Source: Candidatus Latescibacterota bacterium
GTDB taxonomy: Bacteria > Latescibacterota > UBA2968 > GCA-2709665
Reading direction: 5' to 3'
Length of the DNA: 64,000 nucleotides
Assembly: GCA_965219455.1 (NCBI GenBank)
Contig: OZ244744.1
Location: forward strand, 3,488,001-3,552,000
The notes under the pieces were generated by a model. The model was not told the origin of the DNA and made no database searches. It worked only from the letters and a program-made list of their open reading frames with translations. Numbering within the stretch: position 1 is the stretch's first letter; the number at the start of each line of letters is the position of its first letter. Made by a program: the position numbers and the translations under genes. Positions 1 to 8,079 of this stretch are shown piece after piece.

Positions 1-1289
1 GGAAACGCCGTTGGCAGATGGAACGTGATTTTGGTTTTCAGTTCACAAACGCGCCCGGCGACTTTCAAGATGCGGTTTTGCAGCGTATTAAACTGGGCGT
101 TCGTCCACGTAGTGCCGCGCAACCCGATATGGGCCAGGGCGTGCACCAACACATAGGCGGCGCTGTGGAGAAAGAGCCGGAAGTGATTGGCCTGGAAGGT
201 GTGGCAAGAGGTGCGATCGGAATGCAGAAAGGTCTTGTGATTCTTGATGAAGTTTTCCATCCTGCCGCGTGAGCAATAAGCGGTTTTGTAGATGAATGAC
301 GGTTGTGCGCCGTTCAGGTTGGTGACCACGAATCGGATATTGTGACCTTGCGGGGTGACTTCTGCCTTGCAGATGATGCGGCGTGGGGAAGACCAGCTGC
401 CGGCCTGATAGTCCCACGAGCGATACAGGCGCACAGGTTTTCCCCCATCGGCATACAGCGCTTTGGCTTGGTCCATCAAGGGCTGTGCCAGCGGCAGCAG
501 CAGAGCGTTTCCGCCTTGTCCGAGGATAAAAAACACATCGTTTTCGTCACACATCGTGTGCACTTCCGGACACGAAAAATGTGAATCGCCACGCAACAGG
601 ATCTTGACATCGGGCCATGCGTGACGCAGGTAGGCGATCACCCGTTTGAGAATCGACACGATCTCTTTGCCCGTGGGTCGGCGGCCCGGACGCAAGACCG
701 TCGTGATCAACTTGCCGGTTTGCCCTTCATAGATATGCAGGGGTTGGTAGCAATAGCCCTTGAAATACGCATTGAATAACGACAACTGCTGGGATCCATA
801 CACCTTGTCTTCCGTGTCATCGATATCCAACAGGATGGCTTCGGGGGGGTGCTTATACGAGGCGATAAACGCATCGGCAAAGGCCTTCGCGATCCGATAT
901 AAATCACCTCTGGTGATCCGGTTCTCGAACCGACTCATCGTGGGTTGACTGGCCAGGTTGGCACCGGTGACCGGCAACCGATCGCAGGCCGCCTTGAAGC
1001 CGGGGTCGCTACGCAACGCATTGCAGTCGTTCGCATCCTCATACCCACACGCCATCTGAAAGACACGCTGAGTCAGCAGGTCCATCGTCGGGTGATCCAC
1101 GTAACTTGGATGCCGACGATCTGTTATCGCCGCAACGATCCGACACAAAATGCCGATTTTGGACTCCACCTCTCGAAGCAGCATCGCCCCGGTGTCGCTG
1201 GTCAGGATGCCCCCGTCGAAGGTGGCTTCTACCCGTTTGCCAGAAACACTTGCGAAAGACATCCTATGTTGTTTATCTTGACCTGCCAC
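1..1289 (-). CDS. IS1380-family transposase (DDE_Tnp_1_4-like), 3' end outside window
   Basis: Manual translation from GTG at 1289 (RBS GGGAGG): FDGGILTSDTGAMLLRE, GYEDANDCNALRSDP, LASQPTMSRFEN, LDIDDT, LLRGDSHF, YCSRGRMENFIK, F-ANHFRL. Frame is open to the window edge, so it is absent from the ORF track. Confidence 0.93.
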   Translation of the reverse strand, partial: MAGQDKQHRMSFASVSGKRVEATFDGGILTSDTGAMLLREVESKIGILCRIVAAITDRRHPSYVDHPTMDLLTQRVFQMACGYEDANDCNALRSDPGFKAACDRLPVTGANLASQPTMSRFENRITRGDLYRIAKAFADAFIASYKHPPEAILLDIDDTEDKVYGSQQLSLFNAYFKGYCYQPLHIYEGQTGKLITTVLRPGRRPTGKEIVSILKRVIAYLRHAWPDVKILLRGDSHFSCPEVHTMCDENDVFFILGQGGNALLLPLAQPLMDQAKALYADGGKPVRLYRSWDYQAGSWSSPRRIICKAEVTPQGHNIRFVVTNLNGAQPSFIYKTAYCSRGRMENFIKNHKTFLHSDRTSCHTFQANHFRLFLHSAAYVLVHALAHIGLRGTTWTNAQFNTLQNRILKVAGRVCELKTKITFHLPTAF

Positions 1290-1390
1290 GGTAGTTTCCT
1301 CCCGGTTCATTGTTATTAGGTTATTCGCGTAACCATAATATAATACAATGACTTGGGTAAGGAAACTACCTTTTTTGTGAATTATTCAGA
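1..1390 (-). mobile_element. IS1380-family insertion sequence; left end near 1390
   Basis: Transposase plus terminal sequence TCTGAATAATTCAC (minus strand, 1377-1390) resembling IS1380-family ends. The other end is outside the window. Confidence 0.8.
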
Positions 1391-1403
1391 CTAAGAGACT
1401 CCA

Positions 1404-2618
1404 GTGACTGATAAACGCACATCCGATTTTTCCGCCGTCGATTCCACGCTTGGTTATCTCTATCAAGTTCGATTGGCATTGTTCTGGACGCTTAGACGGC
1501 TAAAAACGGACCCCGGGTTCTTGATTGGCATCGAGACGCTCGACGATGTTACCTTTGAAACCACGGGCGGCAAACCTACCGAGCTGCTTCAGACCAAACA
1601 CCACAAGAACGGCGTCGGCTCATTGACCGACGCCAGTCCAGATATATGGAAGACCTTGCGCATCTGGTTTGAGGGTCACCGGTCAGGACAAATTCCCGGG
1701 AGCAGTAATCTATATCTGGTCACCACCTCTTCTGCGCCGGATGGAAGCGCGGCCTGGAATCTTCGTGCTAGACCGCGAGATGTGTCTGCCGCACGGCAGA
1801 CACTCACAGCAACAGCAACAGCTTCTACGAACAATGCGAATGCCAAGGCTTACCAAGTCTTTCTTGATTCCGACCAATCCGTACAAATCGATATCTTGAG
1901 TAGAGTGACGGTGTTTGATGCGGCTCCCAACGTCATAGATTTGGATAACGAGCTTAAACAAGAAGTTTATTGGGCCGCGGGAAGGGAACACCATTTCGCA
2001 TTTCTCCAGCGACTGGAAGGTTGGTGGTTCCACCGAATTTTGCATCAACTTGCGAACGCTTCATCCGACCGTGTCGGATCAATTGAACTGGAAGCACAGA
2101 TGTCGGACCTTCGTGAGCAGTTTAAGCAAGAAGCTTTACCTATAGATGATGATCTTTTAGAATTCTCGCTTGATGAGGCAACGAGAGAAGCACATGAGGA
2201 TTACATATTTGTCCGGCAGATCGAGCTTACGAAAGCTGGAAGGCGCCGAATAGCAGCTGCCATTCGAGACTACTACCGAGCATTCGAACAACGATCTCGT
2301 TGGTTCCGTGACGATCTAGTGGTCGATATGGATTTGCACAAGTATGAGAAGCGCCTTGTAGAAGAGTGGGAGCTCGTATTCGATGCAATGTGTGATGAAC
2401 TCGGCGAGGCTGCGATCGAGACCGCAAAAGAAGGCGCGGCCCGAAATCTTCTCGCATGGGCCGAACAAACGCTATTTCCAATCCGCCCCAACGTAACCGA
2501 GCCTTTCGTCAGTCGCGGCTCCTTGCACATGCTATCCGATGACCTACGGGTCGGTTGGCACATTGATTTTCAATACCATCTCGCTCGTCTACTAGGCGCG
2601 AATATGGGGACGTCATGA
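1404..2618 (+). CDS. lmuA: Lamassu/ABC-3C effector: Cap4-like PD-(D/E)xK nuclease plus ABC-3C C-terminal domain
   Basis: GYLYQ, ETLDDV, ELLQTKHH nuclease-like motifs; C-terminal RGSLHMLSDDLRVGWH; first of three coupled genes. Confidence 0.85.
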   Translation: MTDKRTSDFSAVDSTLGYLYQVRLALFWTLRRLKTDPGFLIGIETLDDVTFETTGGKPTELLQTKHHKNGVGSLTDASPDIWKTLRIWFEGHRSGQIPGSSNLYLVTTSSAPDGSAAWNLRARPRDVSAARQTLTATATASTNNANAKAYQVFLDSDQSVQIDILSRVTVFDAAPNVIDLDNELKQEVYWAAGREHHFAFLQRLEGWWFHRILHQLANASSDRVGSIELEAQMSDLREQFKQEALPIDDDLLEFSLDEATREAHEDYIFVRQIELTKAGRRRIAAAIRDYYRAFEQRSRWFRDDLVVDMDLHKYEKRLVEEWELVFDAMCDELGEAAIETAKEGAARNLLAWAEQTLFPIRPNVTEPFVSRGSLHMLSDDLRVGWHIDFQYHLARLLGANMGTS

Positions 2619-3112
2619 CCCGATGGCATGAACGCTCGCGTGAGGAACAAACGCTCCTAAACCCGGCGTTCTGTTCTCTCTTGCTCTGGTGCGCTGCACG
2701 CGGGTATGCCAGTATCAACCTGCGTGGCTTATCCTTCGAGGAAGCATTCCTGGTCTTGCCGATGGTACTTCACCGCACAACTAGGGAAGCGCTTCCACGC
2801 GATACTCGCACGTCTTTGGCTGTATGGATCAATAACAATCCCCTCGCTCAAGGAAAGATTGCGACTAGAGCGAAACTACTGGTCGAATATACTAAAGAAG
2901 GCATGTTCTTTGGCGGAACCCATGGCCTGATCAGCATTGACGAAGGTAAACTCCGCGCCAATGAAGACTTGCGGCTAACTCTCAATCGTACGTTGCAAGG
3001 AGCGAGTGATGAGGTACGCCTTTGTACTCGCAGGGCAGAATTTGTCGGCAAGTGGTTCGGGCAAACTGGTAGCGGATCAACGGTCTTCGCATTGATAGGG
3101 GTGCGTCCATAA
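2615..3112 (+). CDS. lmuC: Lamassu/ABC-3C middle component
   Basis: 165 aa with LLNPAFC and FLVLPMVLH-TR-ALP; ATGA overlap with the upstream gene. Confidence 0.85.
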   Translation: MTRWHERSREEQTLLNPAFCSLLLWCAARGYASINLRGLSFEEAFLVLPMVLHRTTREALPRDTRTSLAVWINNNPLAQGKIATRAKLLVEYTKEGMFFGGTHGLISIDEGKLRANEDLRLTLNRTLQGASDEVRLCTRRAEFVGKWFGQTGSGSTVFALIGVRP

Positions 3113-3114
3113 CC

Positions 3115-5055
3115 ATGCAGATTCTTGATATAGTTGTGTACAGCCACGATGGTCGACAGCGCGTACTGTCGCTCAAACCGGGTCAGGTCAACATCATTAC
3201 CGGCGCATCCAAAACAGGAAAATCTGCGCTCGTCGATATAGTCGACTACTGTTTTGGTGCTGGCGAGTGCCGAGTTCCTGAAGGACCGATTCGACGCTCT
3301 GTATCATGGTTTGGACTCAGGTTTGAACTGGACAGCGGTGAAGCATTCATCGCTCGTCGATGTCCCGGTCCTGCGGCCGCTTCGAGCGAGGATTGTTTTG
3401 TAGACGTCGGCGGCCAGGTTGTTATCCCTGAATACAGTGGTCTTCGACAAACGACGAATACGAGAGGACTCGGTGCGCTGCTCACAGGTTGGGGTGGCAT
3501 CAAAGATTATATCCATGAGCCCGCGCAAGGTCAAAGCAGACCACCCCTAACGGTGACTATTCGCCATGCCCTCGCGCTCTGTTTTCAGCCGCAAGATGAG
3601 ATTATCAGGCGTCAACAGCTATTTCACGGAGCAGCGGACAATTTCATCGCACAAGCTCTGAGGGATACACTGCCTTATCTGTTAGGTGCTGTGGACGACG
3701 AATACATTAACAAACGCGAGCAGCTTAGGCGGCTCCGCAGGCGGCTACGTCAATCTGAAAGGCAGCTTAATGAACTCTCGTCTTTAAGGGGCGAAGGCGT
3801 TACGAAAGCATTGACTCTTTTGGCTGAGGCACGTAATGTCGGCCTGTCTGCGTCATTGGCAAGCACTTGGGAGGAAGCGGTACCCGCACTTCGTGAAGTC
3901 GCAGAGACTCCCGGAACTTCCATTGATATTGAGATATCAGACGAAGCAGAGTACCATCGGCTCAGCGACGAACGAAATCGACTTCGCAGCCAGTTGCGTA
4001 GACTTCAAGATGAAATTGCCGCGGCTAAAGCCTTCGAACACGATACGTCCGGTTTTTCGCGTGAGGCATCCGAACAACGCGCCCGGCTGATGTCGATCGG
4101 GATCTTTGAGGGGACGGAACAAAGTCATGCCTGTCCGTTTTGCGCTCAGGACCTGCGTGAAGCAACAGATCTCCCAGAGATGAGTGAGCTAAGAGAAGCA
4201 CTAACGGAAATTTCATCGCGCCTTGACACAGTTTCTCGTGCATCTCCTCAGATCGAGCGGGCGATTGCTGAGCTCGAATCAAAGCTGCAAAGCGTTCAAG
4301 CGAACCTAGTGAGAAACCGTTCGGAGATGGAAGCAGTACGAACCGAAAGTGACCGAGTTCAGCAACTAAGAGATGAGGCTTCACGTCGCGCGCACACCAT
4401 GGGGCGCATTAGCCTATATCTTGAGAGTCTGCCCGAATTGCCAGACAGCCAAGCCCTTGAGCGAGAGGCTGAACGATTGCGAGAGCAATGTGAAAGCCTT
4501 GAGGACGAGTTAAGCGAGGGACGAGTTAAGGAACGTATTGATTCAATCACTTCAATTCTAAGCCAACAAATGAGTGGTTGGGCACGCACTTTGGATTTAG
4601 AACACTCTGGATCTCCGCTGCGGCTAGATCTCAAGAAACTAACGATCGTTGCGGATACAGCCGACGGACCCGTGCCGATGGATCGCATGGGGAGCGGCGA
4701 AAACTGGGTCGGCTATCATCTCATCGGCCACCTAGCCCTCCACAGATGGTTTGTAGACCGAGGTCGGCCGGTTCCGAGGTTCTTGTTCTTGGATCAGCCC
4801 TCGCAGATTTACTTCCCGCCAGAGACGGATATGGACGTTGACGAGTTAATTTCATCGGTTAGCGAGAATGATCGGGAGGCCGTATCGCGAATGTTTCGAT
4901 TCGTGTTCAAGATTGTTCAGGAAGTCGCGCCACAGTTCCAAGTTGTAATTACTGAACATGCTGACATCAACCAAGACTGGTTCCAAGAAGCCGTCACTGA
5001 ACGATGGCGGCAGGGTCTTAAGCTTGTCCCGCCAGACTGGCCTCGGAATGCCTGA
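3115..5055 (+). CDS. lmuB: SMC-like ABC ATPase (DUF3732), Lamassu sensor
   Basis: Walker A GASKTGKS, coiled coils, central CPFC zinc hook, MGSGENW signature, Walker B FLFLDQPSQ. Confidence 0.9.
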   Translation: MQILDIVVYSHDGRQRVLSLKPGQVNIITGASKTGKSALVDIVDYCFGAGECRVPEGPIRRSVSWFGLRFELDSGEAFIARRCPGPAAASSEDCFVDVGGQVVIPEYSGLRQTTNTRGLGALLTGWGGIKDYIHEPAQGQSRPPLTVTIRHALALCFQPQDEIIRRQQLFHGAADNFIAQALRDTLPYLLGAVDDEYINKREQLRRLRRRLRQSERQLNELSSLRGEGVTKALTLLAEARNVGLSASLASTWEEAVPALREVAETPGTSIDIEISDEAEYHRLSDERNRLRSQLRRLQDEIAAAKAFEHDTSGFSREASEQRARLMSIGIFEGTEQSHACPFCAQDLREATDLPEMSELREALTEISSRLDTVSRASPQIERAIAELESKLQSVQANLVRNRSEMEAVRTESDRVQQLRDEASRRAHTMGRISLYLESLPELPDSQALEREAERLREQCESLEDELSEGRVKERIDSITSILSQQMSGWARTLDLEHSGSPLRLDLKKLTIVADTADGPVPMDRMGSGENWVGYHLIGHLALHRWFVDRGRPVPRFLFLDQPSQIYFPPETDMDVDELISSVSENDREAVSRMFRFVFKIVQEVAPQFQVVITEHADINQDWFQEAVTERWRQGLKLVPPDWPRNA

Positions 5056-5537
5056 CCTCAATTCGTCATATTTCGGCGCCACAAGCTTGGATTATCCCAG
5101 AAGTATACAGGTGATCTGATGTCACAATTCCGTGATTCTTAAGCTCACCGGATGTGAACAGATAAACAGCGTATCTGGGCGGAATTAATTCCACATTTCT
5201 CGCGGCTTGGCAGAGCTTTCGATCGCTTGGTTTGTCGAATTAAGGTTATCCATTGGGCGCCGCCTCGTTAAATAGTCAATGTAACCATGCCCTTGGACTG
5301 AATCCGAAGTAGGCTGCGCCAGACGTTTATCGAGTAGGGCCCTACGTGCCAATATATAGTGAGACAACTCCCCATCCGAGTTTAGTGTAGTCTTGAGGGC
5401 GGAGAGGAGAGCATGAGATGCGTTCAGCCGCCGCGTTACCGCAGTCGAAACCGCTCCCAGCGTTTTCAGTTCGTACGAGAACCACGAGGAGTCTAGACTC
5501 CCTATCATTCCGTTATTGATCGCAAAAAGGAGACTCC

Positions 5538-7940
5538 ATGCGACCCGAAATATTGACCAACCGCCGGCGGACGTCGGTGCCTGCCGTGGAAACCCCGCTG
5601 AGCAGGCGTTATAAACGCATCCTGGAAAACTGGGTGCCAATAGGCCTGAACTATTTCGAAGATTGGCCGGAGCGTCCCAACTGCGGGCATTTTTTCGGCG
5701 GGGCCCACTGGTACGGCAGCGACACGGCCGGACCGGCCTTCGTCTTTGCCGCGCTTGCGAATTCCCCCGAATACGACGCGCAACGGACCGGTTGCTCTAA
5801 AAAGGAGCTTCGGGAGATGGCACTCAAGGGCATCCGCTACCTCTGCTATACCCACGACACGGGTCCGGCTGACTGTATTCGACCCGAAAAGAGCCTTGGC
5901 AATCCCGCTACCTGGGGCACCAAGTGGGGCGAACGCGGCCGGGGGTTTTTCCCCGAGAGCCAATGCGGCACGAACCTTTCCGACGTCGGCCTGGTCGCCC
6001 TCTTGCTGGGCGACATTGTAGACGACGAGACGTGGACGATGATTGCACGCATGCACGAGGACTACGCCGAGCGGTTCGGAGCCATGGCGCCCAAGAGCGG
6101 CGTCTTCACCAACACGCAGATGGAAGAGAACGGCTGGACGTCGTGCGGCCTGGCTTCGGTTGAATGTTTCCTGAGCAACTCGCCCCACGTCAAATCCTGG
6201 GCCGAAACAGCCCGTCGCTGGATGTTCTCCACGGCCACAACCCAGCAGGACACGAAGAACCTTGCGCCGTTTTCAGACGGTCAGACCGTACGGGAACTCA
6301 CCGGCCAGACTTTCACCGCGCTGCCGGACTACATGGCCGAAAACCACGGCATGGTGCACCCAAGCTACACCGGCAGTTCGGTCCTGTTCCTGGGGCGGCT
6401 CGGCATCATCTACGGGACGTTCGGCGCGGATGTTCCGGAACATGGCCTATTCAACCGGCAGGAAATCTACGACCAGCTCAAACGTACCACGGACCGGACC
6501 GGCTCGATGCATCCCGTGCAGGGCATGGACTGGCCGTATCTCTCGCCCGACCCGGGCACGCTCACCCATGCGACGGCCGCCTTGTTCCTGAACGACCCGG
6601 ACGCCGCGTATTTCGAACGCCAGGCGCTTGAGACCCTGGAACAGCGCGCTGAGAGCGCCGGCGGGCGCGTGCACGATCAACAGATCGCCGAAATTGTGCA
6701 TGGACCCCAGGATCCGCTTATCATCCGGGAACACAACATCGTCAATCCCGCCCACACCTATTTCTTCCACAGGATCTTCGGCGACGGACCGGATCCTGCA
6801 CCCTCGTCGCACGTCGAACGCAGCCTGAGGGGCGTAAAGGTCTATCCCCAATCCGGTTTCGTCTTTCAGAGACATCGCACCGGTCAAACTTCACTCTCGT
6901 GGCGAAACGACATCATGGCGCTGCCGTTGAACAAGGACGGCCTCTACACGGTCGCGCCGGCGTCAAATTCGTTTCTGGCCAGCATCGATGTTCAGGACAG
7001 GCCCGACAGCCACGACCTGATCTCCGTTCGAGTGGACGAACATCAGGAAGGTTTTGCCGCCGCGCTGATCCTGAACCGCGCCCAGCGATCGGTACGCCAG
7101 GAAGTGCTCTTTGCGGGCCTGCCCTCCGGCATCTCACTTTCCTGCGAGCGGCTGACGGCCAGAGAGAATATTACCGTCAATAGTGTCGACCAGGGTTTCC
7201 TTCGCATCGTCAACGAAGACTTCGACGCCCTGAAAGGAAACTGCAACGGTTACCGTACCGTCCACACGCCGGGCGGTTCGGTTCGCTTCAAGAGTCTCGT
7301 ATCGAGGGATCCCAACAGCGACGACGTCGAGACCTACGATCATCCGGCATGGCTCAACGTCGACAATCGTCTGGGCATTGTCTACACGGGTACTGGAAAG
7401 ACTGTCTACCACAACCGGCACTATTACCAGGTCTGGCGCGCCGTGGCGGATGACCTCATCCTCAGCCGCCTCGACGAACCGGTTCAGGTAACGTCGGGCA
7501 ATACGATCTCCGAACTCACTGCGCTGGTGGCCGCCGATCGCACCCATAGCAAAACGGGCGGCATCGAGTTCGTAATCATGCAAACAGAACGACCCGCCAT
7601 CGGCCTTCTCGCGGACGATCACCTGGCCGTGGCGAACTTCGGCGAAAAAGCCGGTGCGTTTACCTTCACGGCGAATCGCTCGGACCTCTCTGAGATTCCC
7701 ATCTTCGGAGGCGTTACCTGTGTCGACGGAGACAGCGTCGCCTATCCGCGAAGCCTCGGTTCAGGCGAAGCCCGTTTGCAGGAAGCGATCCTGAACATCG
7801 CCGCGGAGGGCGCGCTGGAAATCAACGCCGCCGAGACCGGCGTGGTGTGGGCCAGAAACACGGGCACGGCGCCGGCGCAGGTGACGCACAATGGCGCCGA
7901 AACGCAGATCCCGCCAGGGGCGATCGCAATCCTGAAATAG
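5538..7940 (+). CDS. Hypothetical 800-aa protein, possibly polysaccharide-lyase-like (helical N-half, beta-rich C-half)
   Basis: Long ORF with RBS AGGAG and host-like codon usage; ENHGMVHPSY motif. The fold assignment is inference. Confidence 0.7.
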   Translation: MRPEILTNRRRTSVPAVETPLSRRYKRILENWVPIGLNYFEDWPERPNCGHFFGGAHWYGSDTAGPAFVFAALANSPEYDAQRTGCSKKELREMALKGIRYLCYTHDTGPADCIRPEKSLGNPATWGTKWGERGRGFFPESQCGTNLSDVGLVALLLGDIVDDETWTMIARMHEDYAERFGAMAPKSGVFTNTQMEENGWTSCGLASVECFLSNSPHVKSWAETARRWMFSTATTQQDTKNLAPFSDGQTVRELTGQTFTALPDYMAENHGMVHPSYTGSSVLFLGRLGIIYGTFGADVPEHGLFNRQEIYDQLKRTTDRTGSMHPVQGMDWPYLSPDPGTLTHATAALFLNDPDAAYFERQALETLEQRAESAGGRVHDQQIAEIVHGPQDPLIIREHNIVNPAHTYFFHRIFGDGPDPAPSSHVERSLRGVKVYPQSGFVFQRHRTGQTSLSWRNDIMALPLNKDGLYTVAPASNSFLASIDVQDRPDSHDLISVRVDEHQEGFAAALILNRAQRSVRQEVLFAGLPSGISLSCERLTARENITVNSVDQGFLRIVNEDFDALKGNCNGYRTVHTPGGSVRFKSLVSRDPNSDDVETYDHPAWLNVDNRLGIVYTGTGKTVYHNRHYYQVWRAVADDLILSRLDEPVQVTSGNTISELTALVAADRTHSKTGGIEFVIMQTERPAIGLLADDHLAVANFGEKAGAFTFTANRSDLSEIPIFGGVTCVDGDSVAYPRSLGSGEARLQEAILNIAAEGALEINAAETGVVWARNTGTAPAQVTHNGAETQIPPGAIAILK

Positions 7941-7983
7941 CCCTGCCAAACGACGACGAGGGGTTCGTCGTAACAGCAGAAAG

Positions 7984-8014
7984 AGGGTCGAAGCAGATGC
8001 TTCGGCCCTCTCTT
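7984..8014. terminator. Hairpin terminator between convergent genes
   Basis: GAGGGTCGAAGCA-GA-TGCTTCGGCCCTC stem-loop between the gene ends at 7940 (+) and 8080 (-). Confidence 0.6.
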
Positions 8015-8032
8015 ATATGCGTGGTCCATGCC

Positions 8033-8076
8033 CTCGGGCGGCCAAATTTCGGCAAGCTATTTCCGGGACGGGACAC
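8033..8076 (-). repeat. Dispersed ~45-bp repeat (copy 1; copy 2 at 54119-54160)
   Basis: Minus-strand GTCCCGGAAATAGCTTGCCGAAATTTGGCCG matches plus-strand GTCCCGGAAATAGATTGCCGAAATTCGGCCG near 54125. Confidence 0.75.
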
Positions 8077-8079
8077 CCG

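Noticed and set aside
5060-5480. 151-aa minus ORF or ncRNA downstream of Lamassu
   Set aside because: Overlaps the next gene's start antisense, has no motifs and shows no convincing structure.
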